Part shown: positions 41,070 to 51,136 of the stretch, piece after piece
How the letters are laid out: each line of letters opens with the position of its first letter
How positions within the stretch are numbered: position 1 is the first letter of the stretch
Source of the DNA: an uncultured Methanoregulaceae archaeon
GTDB taxonomy: Archaea; Halobacteriota; Methanomicrobia; Methanomicrobiales; Methanospirillaceae
NCBI GenBank assembly: GCA_963701095.1
Contig: OY969564.1
Span: 2,208,001-2,272,000 of the forward strand
Reading direction: 5' to 3'
DNA length: 64,000 nt
Position numbers and translations under genes: made by a program
The notes under the pieces: model-generated
The model's input: the letters and a program-made list of their open reading frames with translations, nothing else
Told to the model about the DNA's origin: nothing
Database searches by the model: none

Positions 41070-42104
41070 TTATTTTCCGGAAGGCTTCCGGTGCAGGGAC
41101 TTGTCTTCCTCGACAATATAGTTGATTACATTCTCTGAAATATCTGCAGCGTACTCTCCTGACCTGCGGATACTCTCGGCAATATAGCTGACAGAAACAG
41201 CCATCATCGTCTCCTGTTTAAAGGCAAGGTTGTGGATGTCGCCGCAGATATGTTCAAGGGCCGAAACCGATTCGATAGTCTTATGGGCCTCCTTGATATC
41301 GGCATTAAAAAACGAAATAACGCTCTTATCAAAGATTTGCATAGACATCGCACTTGCCTTCTTTAATGAAGTTATGATCTTCGGGTCGAGCTCGGTATCC
41401 ATCACCGGTTGTGCATTCTCGGCAATCCGTACGGCATGATCACCGATCCGTTCAATGATTTTGCTGATGAGGTGATAGTACATGGCCATACCGACCGACA
41501 CTTCCATCTTCCGCGAGAGGGACGGGTTCTGCATGATCATGTTGGTCTGCCGTGCTATCAGCCAGTTGAGCCGGTCTGAGTCCATATCCCGGTTAATCAC
41601 ATCAGTAGCAAGTGTCGCGTTATGCGTTTCAAGCGCCATAATGGCATCTTCATGCATGTTCCTGACAATCACAAACATCCGTTTTATGGTGTTATCAAAG
41701 GGCATCTCGGCAGGGTTGAGCAGATCTTTAATGAGGATAAGTGTATCGGTCTCTTCGATGACTTCCTGGCCGATAGTCATCTGGGTGAAGTCCCGGACAA
41801 CCGTACGGACAAATGGCGGGAACCGTTGTTTTGAGCTTATCCGGATTGTGGTAAACCCGGTAATGTATGTCCCGATAAGCATCCTGAACAGGAAGGAAGG
41901 GTCGGTAATATGACCGATATCGATCTCCTTGACCCGCTGGACCGGATCCTCAGTGGTCTTTTTGGTAACCAGAAGGGTACCATCGGGCTGGGTGATCAGT
42001 CCGACAGGATCGTTCTTCTTGATGCGCATTTCCTGGACCCAGTCTTTGGGTAGCGTAACGACAAACGATGACCCCCCGGTCATCTGTACACGGCGTATTT
42101 CCAT
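41070..42104 (-). CDS. phoU: Archaeal phosphate uptake regulator (AbrB-like DNA-binding domain plus PhoU repeats)
   Basis: MEIRRVQMTGGSSFVVTLPKDW AbrB domain; IERIGDHAVRIAE and IRRSGEYAADISE PhoU repeats; ATG at 42104. Confidence 0.92.
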   Translation of the reverse strand: MEIRRVQMTGGSSFVVTLPKDWVQEMRIKKNDPVGLITQPDGTLLVTKKTTEDPVQRVKEIDIGHITDPSFLFRMLIGTYITGFTTIRISSKQRFPPFVRTVVRDFTQMTIGQEVIEETDTLILIKDLLNPAEMPFDNTIKRMFVIVRNMHEDAIMALETHNATLATDVINRDMDSDRLNWLIARQTNMIMQNPSLSRKMEVSVGMAMYYHLISKIIERIGDHAVRIAENAQPVMDTELDPKIITSLKKASAMSMQIFDKSVISFFNADIKEAHKTIESVSALEHICGDIHNLAFKQETMMAVSVSYIAESIRRSGEYAADISENVINYIVEEDKSLHRKPSGK

Positions 42105-42268
42105 TTTCTGTTTACCTCCTGATGAATAGAGCGGTATGATGAATATGCTTAACTCTATTTTCACTCTTAAAGCATATATACCTGTATAGTCTATGTCGAA
42201 AAATTGTATATCATCTCGAAGTTAATATTCGTTTGAATATCAAAAGACGATGAATATGGGGGGCAGAT

Positions 42269-42766
42269 ATGAAAAATGAAACGATACTTTTTATCTGCTC
42301 TTTTAATTCGGTCAGGTCCCCCATGGCTGAAGGAATTCTCCGGCACCGGGATGTCTGCCGGCACTATACCATCTGCTCTGCAGGAATAGCGCCGGTCCGG
42401 GTCCGTCCCGGCGCAGTTGCGGTCATGCAGGAGATGAAAATAGATATATCTGATCATCTCCCTGCTTCACTCTACCAGTACCGGAATGAACATTTCGATT
42501 ATGTCATCACGCTTTGCAATAATGTCCGGGGGACGGCTGAAGAGATGCTGGTAGGTGGGGACCGGTTTATTCACCGGGATTTTGTCAGCCCTTCGGAAAT
42601 AGGGAAAACACACGGGGAAATTCTTGAGGAATACCGGAAATTGCGCGACGAGATCGGGGCATGGGTCGACGAGCTTTTTCCGGCTGCCGCCTTGGCGCCG
42701 GGAAAAAATAATGGCGAAATAAAGGCTGGTGCCACTATTTCTCCCATTTCTACCGGACACGCATAA
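42269..42766 (+). CDS. ArsC/low-molecular-weight PTPase family protein (atypical)
   Basis: P-loop CSFNSVRSPMAEG, SAGI, FDYVITLC. Confidence 0.85.
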   Translation: MKNETILFICSFNSVRSPMAEGILRHRDVCRHYTICSAGIAPVRVRPGAVAVMQEMKIDISDHLPASLYQYRNEHFDYVITLCNNVRGTAEEMLVGGDRFIHRDFVSPSEIGKTHGEILEEYRKLRDEIGAWVDELFPAAALAPGKNNGEIKAGATISPISTGHA

Positions 42767-42807
42767 ATAGTTGTCAGGGTGGAAAGGTACACTAAAGAGA
42801 GACGGAT

Positions 42808-43002
42808 ATGACCTATACCTCTTCATCGAATATGATCGATCTCGATGGTCCGCTCATCCAGGTATTTTTAGGATTTCTGTTCGCGATAATCGGGTGCGTC
42901 CTTTTGATCAGCGCACCGCAATACACTGATTTGGCCTATCTCCTCTTTCTTGTAGCTGGTGTACTGGTTGCTCTTTCTATGATTTTTCTTGCTAGTGCAT
43001 AA
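42808..43002 (+). CDS. Small two-TM membrane protein
   Basis: Two hydrophobic helices in 64 aa. Confidence 0.6.
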   Translation: MTYTSSSNMIDLDGPLIQVFLGFLFAIIGCVLLISAPQYTDLAYLLFLVAGVLVALSMIFLASA

Positions 43003-43139
43003 TCACAATAGATATTTTCAATAAATATATACATGAGAAAAATAACTATGTAGTTAGTGCCCCCGGAACTTCCCTCCGCTTCTGATCCACTCTGGCGCCG
43101 GGAAACGGTCCTCAGGTGTACACGTCTCTGAGGAAGAAC

Positions 43140-43652
43140 ATGTATCGGTTTACATCCAAAATAACAACAAATCCCATAAACCAAAGCGGACTTATCGCCG
43201 GTGCTATTGGTGGAGAGTCAGTCGTACTTGTTGTTCTGGTGAACACGCTTATTATCCGGACCTTCACCCAGGAAAATCTCCTGCCCGGTGATCCAAAAAT
43301 AATTGCATGGAACACCATCTACCCGTTCCTTATTATTGCGATTTTTGAAGGATGGGGGGTATTTGCCGCCTGGCTTGGCAGGTCAGAACTGCGCAGTGAT
43401 AACGATGCACTTATGGCCGGGTTTATCACCGGCATTGTCATTGGCATTTTGCTTGAAGTAATGTGGGTAGCCCAGCTCATCAGCCTGATTGCACATCAGT
43501 TCGGATCGTATTCCGGCGTTTTCGCCGGGTTTGGAAACATACTTATTACCTCCATGATCCTGGTTATTTTCGTTATCCTGGGGGGAATACTGTCGGGATT
43601 TGGCTCGTATATTTTTTATTTATTCAGATCATCCCCGAAGAACCAGAAGTAA
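43140..43652 (+). CDS. Multi-pass membrane protein
   Basis: About four Gly-rich TM helices; ATG at 43140. Confidence 0.7.
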   Translation: MYRFTSKITTNPINQSGLIAGAIGGESVVLVVLVNTLIIRTFTQENLLPGDPKIIAWNTIYPFLIIAIFEGWGVFAAWLGRSELRSDNDALMAGFITGIVIGILLEVMWVAQLISLIAHQFGSYSGVFAGFGNILITSMILVIFVILGGILSGFGSYIFYLFRSSPKNQK

Positions 43653-43742
43653 TCCCGGCTTCAAGCGTTCGGAAAAGGATCTTTCAGGAATCTCAAAAAT
43701 CTATATAGAAATTATTTTAAGTATATACTGTAAGTATAAACT

Positions 43743-43925
43743 ATGTGTTTATCCTTCCAGCCCTACCGCCACAACACCGGCCGTTGCCTTGATGAACCGG
43801 TTCCTGATACTGAAAATCCGGTATTGGAGCGATCGCATACATTATCTGAATTTATGACGGATAACCTTGGTCTGACCTATGTTTCAGTCAGGAATTGCGA
43901 TCTCGAACGGTTCAGTGTCAAATAA
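43743..43925 (+). CDS. Small hypothetical protein
   Basis: 60-aa ATG ORF directly after an AT-rich promoter-like region. Confidence 0.4.
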   Translation: MCLSFQPYRHNTGRCLDEPVPDTENPVLERSHTLSEFMTDNLGLTYVSVRNCDLERFSVK

Positions 43926-43937
43926 TTCGGTGGTGCA

Positions 43938-44135
43938 ATGATAATGCAATGCCAGAGTGAAATGTTGGAATTACTGTCAGCGCCAGCGGTATTGTTACGC
44001 AACCGTCCGTTTGGATCCCTCGATCCTGAGGATCTCAAGGGGCTCCGCGAATGGGTTACCGCGAAAAGGATTGCAGAAATAAAAACTCAGGAAAACTATA
44101 CTTCTCTATATTATGCACCCTGGCGGATAGGGTAA
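43938..44135 (+). CDS. Small hypothetical protein
   Basis: 65-aa ORF with GGTGG RBS, in tandem with the previous ORF. Confidence 0.45.
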   Translation: MIMQCQSEMLELLSAPAVLLRNRPFGSLDPEDLKGLREWVTAKRIAEIKTQENYTSLYYAPWRIG

Positions 44136-44190
44136 CAGTGATTTTTATAGATATACAGCACTAGTTATTTTGAAAAAAAAGTCTGTGGGG

Positions 44191-44209
44191 GATTTGCGTG
44201 ACGCAAATC
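44191..44209. promoter_or_regulatory. Perfect inverted repeat GATTTGCGT-G-ACGCAAATC, candidate operator
   Basis: 9-bp arms with 1-bp spacer, about 80 bp upstream of the pilus platform genes. Confidence 0.5.
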
Positions 44210-44289
44210 AATGAAACGCATCAAGAAGATGATTGCTTCTTGATAGAATATAGTTTAAACACTATCTCTATAAATAAATTTCGATAACT

Positions 44290-45192
44290 ATGGCTGCGGA
44301 AACGGACAGTTTTGAGAAGTTTTTTGAGATGTATAAGCGTTTTTGCTACATTTTCGGTCGGTCTTTTGATCGGAACCCCAACCGCGATATCATCAAACTG
44401 ATCTACCAGGCCGATCTTGAAATGACCCCGGGGATGTTTACCTCGTTATGGATTGTCACGACGATGGTCGTCGGTACTTTGATGATTATTATTGCCGCAT
44501 TCATTTTCCTGCTCCCCCAGAGCCCGTTTGCAATGCCGGCTCCTTTGCCCTACATACTGCTCTTTGCTCTTATCGGTGCAGCTGCAGTTGCTATTGGTTT
44601 TCCCTTTTACCTGCAAAACCAGATCGAGAATAAAAAGCGGGATATCGATACCCAGGTCCCGTATGCCCTTGCATTCATGTCGATCCTTGCAAGTTCGGGT
44701 GCTACGCCACTCGATATTATCCGGAGGATTGCCCGGGAAGAGTACGGCCAGATCTCCAATGAGTTTCGCAAAGTGCTCTTCCGGGTGGATGTACTCGGGG
44801 AAGATGTGGTCACCGCGATGAACGGGCTTGTGCAGAATACGCCGTCCGATATATTCCGGGACATCTGCATCGATATGACCAACATTATCTACGGTGGTGG
44901 GGGCCTGAAATCCTATCTTGAGACCAAGTCAAAAGAACTCATGTCCATCCGCCGCCAGACCTACAAGGAATTTGTGGAGTCGCTCGCCGTATTCGGTGAG
45001 GGATATCTCGGGGGAGTAGTCATGACTATTACCCTGGCTGTGCTGGGCGTGGTGATTACCGGTGCTCTCGGTATCCAGATAGGGCCATTTTCCGCACAGG
45101 ATTTGTTCAATTACCTGGTTTACCTGTTGATCCCGCTCATCAATGTGATCTTCCTGCAGATGCTGGCTGTGAAATATTCGACTACCCCGTGA
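44290..45192 (+). CDS. Type IV pilus/T2SS F-family membrane platform protein (TadC/ArlJ-like)
   Basis: ID.QVPYAL.FM.ILASSG, YG.IS.EF, LG.D...A......TPS..F. Confidence 0.9.
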   Translation: MAAETDSFEKFFEMYKRFCYIFGRSFDRNPNRDIIKLIYQADLEMTPGMFTSLWIVTTMVVGTLMIIIAAFIFLLPQSPFAMPAPLPYILLFALIGAAAVAIGFPFYLQNQIENKKRDIDTQVPYALAFMSILASSGATPLDIIRRIAREEYGQISNEFRKVLFRVDVLGEDVVTAMNGLVQNTPSDIFRDICIDMTNIIYGGGGLKSYLETKSKELMSIRRQTYKEFVESLAVFGEGYLGGVVMTITLAVLGVVITGALGIQIGPFSAQDLFNYLVYLLIPLINVIFLQMLAVKYSTTP

Positions 45193-45198
45193 TCCGTT

Positions 45199-46566
45199 AT
45201 GCCTGCGCCACCTAAGAACAAACCGGTCAATAAGAAAATGGATGAACTCCATGAGATTATCGAACGGATACGGATCAAGTACAACCCGCCGCGGGAACTG
45301 TTCACGATCGCTATTCCGGTAGCTATTGCCCTGTTGGTCGTTTTATCTGCATTTTTGATGGGATATACTCTTCACACCACGCAAAAACAAGTAACTGTCA
45401 CCACAAGTGACAAAGAAAAAGCACTGCAGGCATACCTTGCACAAATGAACAACGAGGGCGGCAATGGTACAGAAGAATCTGCTAATATAACGCCGACAAC
45501 ACCTGTAGCTCCAACAATGGGACTGGACGAGGTGATGGTATTTGCTCTCCTTATCGCTATTATCCCGTACGCGGTGGATATTACAATCCAGAAAAGGGCG
45601 GTTCGTAAAAAAGAAGAGCTCTATACCGAGTTTCTTTTCAAGCTCTCTGAGCTGATGAGAGGCGGTCTCGATCCGATAAAAGCGGTAAAGGAACTCTCTA
45701 AAACTGATCTTGGTGTTCTGACCCCGCATATCCGCATCGCATCGACATCGATGACCTATGGAAAATCCTTTGAAGAGGCCATGAAGGCGATGTCGAAATC
45801 GCTTCACTCCGAGTTGATTACCAGGTATACCATGCTCGTTGTTCAGGCTTCATATTCAGGGGGGTCAGTTGCTGATCTTATTCTCAAGGCCTCAGAAGAT
45901 ATGCGGAGCATTATCTCAATAGAAAGGGAAAAAGAAGGTAACCTTCACCAGTATGTGATGATCTTCTACTTTGCTCAGGCGATTATCATATTTATCGTCT
46001 ATATCCTAACGACAAGCCTGCTCCCGTTCGTAGCACAGATAGGTGCCACCCAGATGTTTGGTAAATCAGATATTGGTGATATCGATTTTGCCCGGGGATT
46101 CTTTCATATGATCATTCTCAACTCCATATTCGGTGGTCTGATTATTGGTAAGATCAGCGAAGGGGAGGCACGGTACGGTCTCAAGCATGTCGTGGTGCTC
46201 GTCGCCGTGGGGTATATTGCATGTGCTCTGTTTATACTTCCTCCGCCGGTTGCACCGGTCGGACCAAAAATCAATATTACTGTCGTATCCGGGGATCAAC
46301 AGACTGGAGTTATTGCATTACCGCTTTCAAACCCCATTGTTTTCCAGCTTACAGATGCAACTGGTAATCCTGTGAATAGTACATCGGTTTCATTCAGCAT
46401 AGTACCGAGTGGGTCAGTGAATCCGGTGTCGGCTACCTCAGATGATAAAGGACAAGTAGAGACGAAAGTCATTTTCGGATCCGATTCGGGATCTTATATT
46501 ATTACTGCAACGGCAAATGGAGTTTCCACTAAAGCAACCGCAATAGCAAAAACAGGAGGAAGTTAG
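45199..46566 (+). CDS. T2SS F-family platform protein fused to a C-terminal Ig-like (Big_1-type) domain
   Basis: FL..LSE..RGG, G.SFEEA, GLIIGKISEG....GLKH; tail SGDQQTG..LTDATGNPV...VSF..ATSDDKGQ..GSY.ITAT. Confidence 0.85.
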   Translation: MPAPPKNKPVNKKMDELHEIIERIRIKYNPPRELFTIAIPVAIALLVVLSAFLMGYTLHTTQKQVTVTTSDKEKALQAYLAQMNNEGGNGTEESANITPTTPVAPTMGLDEVMVFALLIAIIPYAVDITIQKRAVRKKEELYTEFLFKLSELMRGGLDPIKAVKELSKTDLGVLTPHIRIASTSMTYGKSFEEAMKAMSKSLHSELITRYTMLVVQASYSGGSVADLILKASEDMRSIISIEREKEGNLHQYVMIFYFAQAIIIFIVYILTTSLLPFVAQIGATQMFGKSDIGDIDFARGFFHMIILNSIFGGLIIGKISEGEARYGLKHVVVLVAVGYIACALFILPPPVAPVGPKINITVVSGDQQTGVIALPLSNPIVFQLTDATGNPVNSTSVSFSIVPSGSVNPVSATSDDKGQVETKVIFGSDSGSYIITATANGVSTKATAIAKTGGS

Positions 46567-46570
46567 TTCT

Positions 46571-47035
46571 ATGCCAAAAAATATTGTTTGTATTATATCG
46601 TTATGTCTGCTCATTGTTGCAGCAGTGAATATTTCCGGTTGTACATCAAATATGCCAAATGTCCAATCGAATAAGACAGTGTTAAGTTCAGATCCTCAAA
46701 TAGGTATTCATGAATGGGTATACGCTGTAAACAACAAAAATATCGCCATGCTATATGATCTTGAACCTGACGGTTTCAAGCAGGAGATTTCATTAAGTCA
46801 ATTCGCCATCTTAAATAAAGATAATGAATTTATGAATCCTAATTCAAGTCTCACAGACTACACGATCCTCAATGAAACGAGTAATGCAACCACCGCAAAC
46901 ATTAGAGTGATGGTACATTGGTATGGACCAAAATCCCCAAATTCTACACAAATGGAGACAGTTCCCCTGTTGTTCAATTTTGAGGAATCATATGAAAATG
47001 GGGGCTGGAGAGTCTGGGAAATTCCATGGCAATAA
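46571..47035 (+). CDS. Secreted or lipoprotein-like hypothetical protein
   Basis: Hydrophobic N-terminus ending ISGC; many N-x-S/T sequons; C-terminal ENGGWRV. Confidence 0.7.
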   Translation: MPKNIVCIISLCLLIVAAVNISGCTSNMPNVQSNKTVLSSDPQIGIHEWVYAVNNKNIAMLYDLEPDGFKQEISLSQFAILNKDNEFMNPNSSLTDYTILNETSNATTANIRVMVHWYGPKSPNSTQMETVPLLFNFEESYENGGWRVWEIPWQ

Positions 47036-47087
47036 TACTTATCAAAATTTATGTTTAAAACCTTGAGTCGGGAAAATGGTAATTGAA

Positions 47088-47639
47088 TTACATCCCTTGG
47101 ACAAAATGATGACAGCTCGGGCAGACCCAGCCGACGGGGATCATCTCCCCGCTTATAGTTGTTGAAAATGCCTGAATCATGGGAGTGGTGCAGGGGCATA
47201 TTGGCCTGTTTGCGGCTGCCTGCTGTTCCATAAAGGAATTGAGCTTACGTTTTTTGTAAAGGGCACTCTCGATGCTGGCAAAAAGTTCCCGGGTATTTAT
47301 CGGCTTGACAAGGTACCCGCTTGATTCTGTCTGAACGACACGCTTTATGGTTTCATCGTCGGAATAAGCGGTAAGGAAAATGACAGGCGTTCCGTACTGC
47401 CCTTTGATCTTCTGGGCGGCTTCGATGCCATCCATATCTCCCTGGAGATGGATATCCATGAGGATTACATCCGGTTGACACTCTCCTGTAAGAGTGAGGG
47501 CTTCTTTGCCGCTCATTGCAATGCCGACAACTGAGTATCCAATCCGTTTGAGTGTTTCCTCCAGAGTAATGGCGACGAGCCCCTCATCCTCAACGATAAG
47601 AATTCTTTTTTCCGCAGAATTTGCAGGGTTTTTTATCAT
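47088..47639 (-). CDS. Response regulator receiver with C-terminal Cys motif
   Basis: ILIVEDE, PDVILMDI, FLTAYSD, YLVKP; tail CPC...WVCPSC. Confidence 0.9.
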   Translation of the reverse strand: MIKNPANSAEKRILIVEDEGLVAITLEETLKRIGYSVVGIAMSGKEALTLTGECQPDVILMDIHLQGDMDGIEAAQKIKGQYGTPVIFLTAYSDDETIKRVVQTESSGYLVKPINTRELFASIESALYKKRKLNSFMEQQAAANRPICPCTTPMIQAFSTTISGEMIPVGWVCPSCHHFVQGM

Positions 47640-47723
47640 AGTTTCGCTGGATAATAATTTTGCATTTGACTATATTTAGTTGTGTTTAATATAGAGTAGA
47701 CTTACAATATATTTAGGAACTTA

Positions 47724-49139
47724 ATGAGCAGTCAGATCCCTGAAAGCCTCACATGGAAGGGAACGGATAACCCGTTTGTGCAGATACCAGAGGATCCCGG
47801 GATCATGCGCATATTGATAATTATTGTTGCCGCTGCTACGGTTTGTGTCGCAGTATTCAGCCTGACTCATGGAATTCTCGCTCTTTACCAGTACCTTTTC
47901 CTTCTGCCTATCGTAATGACAGCGTATTTTTTTCCCCGGTATGGGATTGCCGCCTCCATTATAATGGGATTCTCTCTGGTTCTGCTGAATGTACTGTTTT
48001 TAGGAGAAAATCTTCCTGTTTTGTCGCTTGCCTGTGTTACCTTCGGTGTGTTTCTGGGGATCGGTGGCATCGTCACCATGATGTCAGAGAATATAACCGG
48101 GCTTAAAAAAAGATACCAGGATATATTTGCAATGTCTGAGGCTGGCATTGTTATTTTTAACAGGGATACTGGCTGTATTACAGAGGCCAATCCCGGTTTC
48201 CTCAGCTCCGCTCGGCTATGAATCCATGCGATCCGGATTGCCTGCTTTTTGCGATCTTTTCGAACGTGCCGAGCAATATCACGATCTGGCCGGGGAGTAA
48301 CAGTCAGCGAAAGAATTAGTGACAGGAAATGCTCCCTTCGTACGGCAACAGGGGCGTTGCGCCAGTTTCAGATTTCAGCTCGTAAATTTGCGGGTCCCTT
48401 TATTCTCTGTACCCTTATGGACATCACGGAAAGAAAACAATACGAGGATATCTTGCGACAGTCATTGTCTGAAAAAGAGATCCTTCTCAAGGAAGTTCAC
48501 CACCGGGTCAAGAATAATATGCAGGTTATCATGAGCCTGCTGGAGCTCAATGCACTCAAGGCTGAAAACGCTCGTGAACGGTCACAGTACGCAGAGATGC
48601 AGGGAAGGGTGATGACTATGGCACTGATTCACGAGAAGCTGTACCAATCTCCGGTCTCCGGTTTCATCGAAGGGGAGGCATACTTCTCAGAACTCTTAAA
48701 AAATGTTGTTTCTGCTTCCGCGACGCCCGGAGTAAACTGTTTTGTCCGGGCACCAGGCATATTTCTCGATATTGACAAGGCTATTCCCTGTGGTCTCATT
48801 ATCAACGAGCTTGCGACAAATTCGCTGAAATACGCTTTTCATAATGAGGCGGGACCGGAGATTCACCTGACCCTCGTTATAGATAATGAAGGTATGTGTG
48901 TATTGGATTATGGTGATAATGGTGAAGGTTTTCCCGAATCCTTTGACTTCTCTGCATCAGAAACTCTTGGTATTAGGTTGGTGCATATGCTCGTACGCCA
49001 ACTTAAAGGAGTAATATCAATCACCAATAACAAAGGCACTCATTTCTGCATACGATTCCCCTTAAACATTCATGAACGGGAATTGAGAGCATCTGTTGCC
49101 CAGATTGCTGAGCAAACAACCATTGCCCAGTGGGCTTAA
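47724..49139 (+). CDS. Membrane sensor kinase TM-PAS-HisKA_2-HATPase, interrupted at about 48200-48300
   Basis: TM bundle and PAS start (EANP.F); in-frame TGA at 48219; +1 frame reads LGYE..DLFE; then EVHHRVKNNMQ, NELATNSLKYAF, DNGEG. Confidence 0.8.
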
Positions 49140-49304
49140 CAATGGGAGATGTGAAATTGCTTCAGACAGGGAGAGGATATTCACCGATGGTAGGAAACTA
49201 CTATGAGGAATTTGTTCCCGATACATGACTAAATAGTGCAATAGAGAATATAGAAGTAACCATGATATGATTCGAGAAAGAAGTAATAATTCCCCGGGGC
49301 ACCC

Positions 49305-51086
49305 ATGAAAGTCCGTACGCGATCACGCCTGATTCTTGCTGCAATGGCCTTTATTTTCTTAATCGCCCTGAGTTTTATTACCCAGTTTGTTATCCTTGAT
49401 TCCTTCAGGACGATGGAAAAACAGCAGATGACAGCAAATGTTGAGAGGGTTATTTCAAATCTCAACAACCAGGAAACAACAGTTGCGGCAACCTGCAGGG
49501 ATTGGGCTGGTCGTGATGAGACGTATGCTTTTTTGGGAGGACTGAATTCGTCAGGGCCTCATGGTACATTTGATCAGCCGCTCCTTTTGGGAACTCTCGA
49601 TATCGATTATCTTCTCATGTACAATACTTCGGGACAACTGGTTTTTTCTGAAGGAGCCATGACATCAGACGGAACCCCTGAAGTCATTCCGGGGCAGCTC
49701 CAGAATATAATCGACGACAGTATTATTCCTGCGGGAGTGCCCGAGGGAGTTTCCGGAAGACATGGGGTATCTTTTCTGAATGGTGAACCGGTAATTCTTG
49801 CCGGCTACGCTATCCGGGGAAGTGACCCGTCAGAGCCTTTAAGGGGTACGCTGGTGATGGTGAGGGTCCTTAACAGCCAGAGGATTGGGGATATGGAAAG
49901 CGTACTCCAGATCCCAGACTTTTCTATTGGCCCCTCTTCCGTGGTTTCAAGTGCTGGTGTACTGAATGCCACGGATATACAAAAAATGAAAAAAGGCCAG
50001 ATCATTAGTCAGCCCGTAAACAACAGCCTTATGGGTGGCACGGCAATGATCAGTGGTATCGAGGATAAACCGACATACCTGGCGCTGCAGGTTTTTACAG
50101 ATCGTACATTGTTCACTGATGTGCAAACGTCGATCCTTATTATCGCGGTTTCCATTATCATATTGAGTTTGGTTTTCATTGTCGCGGTACAGTTTTTACT
50201 TCAGCGTTTTGTTCTCGGACCGCTCAGTGCCCTTGATGATGATATAAAAATCGTCGGTAAATCAGGTGATCTCTCCCGTCGCATCCCGGAAAAAGGAGAT
50301 GACGAGATTGTTTCCGTTACCCGGGCCTTAAACCAGATGCTTGCAGACCTTGAGGAAAAAAGGGCCGAGCTTTCTGCAGCACGTAGTGAACTTGCCGAAC
50401 GTAACCGGGATCTTGAGGAATATAACAGGAAGGCAAATCTGTACCTGGATATTTACCTCGACGTAATTACGTATGAGATACTGAATGCCATCATGGGTCT
50501 CAGAGGATATGCCGAATATCTCAATGATATGGCTCATGAAAACGAAAAGCGGTTCCTTAAAAAGATCATCGATCTCGCCCAGAAAAGTAACAACGTTATT
50601 CGTAATATCGAGACAATCAGCCGCATTTACAAGATGCAACCCGGCGTTGTTGCTGTCAACCTTGAGAATATCATTCAGCATGAAATAGCCGCACGTCCGA
50701 ACCTTCATATCACTCTTGAGGGATGTGCCCTTTCGGTGTGTGCCAACGATATGCTCGGCGTAGTCTTTGACAACCTGTTTTCGAATAGTCTGAAATTTGG
50801 CGGATCTGAGGTGTCTATAATGGTCTCTGCCCGGCAAAAAAGTAAGGGTATGCTCGAAATATCGGTCATCGATAACGGGCCGGGTATTGCCGATGAAATG
50901 AAACCCGGTATTTTTGACCGGTTTGCCAAGGATACCAAAACCCGGAGCAGTTATGGCCTCGGGCTCCACATTGTCAAGATGCTCATAGAAGGGTATGGGG
51001 GCCGGGTATGGGCCGATGACAGGATCCCGGGCGACGCATCCTCCGGCGTTGCAATATGCTTTACTCTTCGTCTTGCCAAAAAATAA
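49305..51086 (+). CDS. Sensor histidine kinase, CHASE4-HAMP-HATPase
   Basis: DWAGRDETYAF (CHASE4-like); SGDLSRRI...GDDEI..LNQML HAMP; NLFSNSLKF, DNGPGI, GLGL. Confidence 0.88.
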   Translation: MKVRTRSRLILAAMAFIFLIALSFITQFVILDSFRTMEKQQMTANVERVISNLNNQETTVAATCRDWAGRDETYAFLGGLNSSGPHGTFDQPLLLGTLDIDYLLMYNTSGQLVFSEGAMTSDGTPEVIPGQLQNIIDDSIIPAGVPEGVSGRHGVSFLNGEPVILAGYAIRGSDPSEPLRGTLVMVRVLNSQRIGDMESVLQIPDFSIGPSSVVSSAGVLNATDIQKMKKGQIISQPVNNSLMGGTAMISGIEDKPTYLALQVFTDRTLFTDVQTSILIIAVSIIILSLVFIVAVQFLLQRFVLGPLSALDDDIKIVGKSGDLSRRIPEKGDDEIVSVTRALNQMLADLEEKRAELSAARSELAERNRDLEEYNRKANLYLDIYLDVITYEILNAIMGLRGYAEYLNDMAHENEKRFLKKIIDLAQKSNNVIRNIETISRIYKMQPGVVAVNLENIIQHEIAARPNLHITLEGCALSVCANDMLGVVFDNLFSNSLKFGGSEVSIMVSARQKSKGMLEISVIDNGPGIADEMKPGIFDRFAKDTKTRSSYGLGLHIVKMLIEGYGGRVWADDRIPGDASSGVAICFTLRLAKK

Positions 51087-51136
51087 TTCCACGTGTTTTT
51101 CTGGGACGTCTCAGCAGGATGCAAGAGAAAAAATGA

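Noticed and set aside
48219..48221. In-frame TGA between two same-frame kinase ORFs, suggesting selenocysteine or readthrough
   Set aside because: The +1 frame across 48211-48297 gives the expected PAS LGY motif, so two compensating indels explain it better; not a redox Cys position
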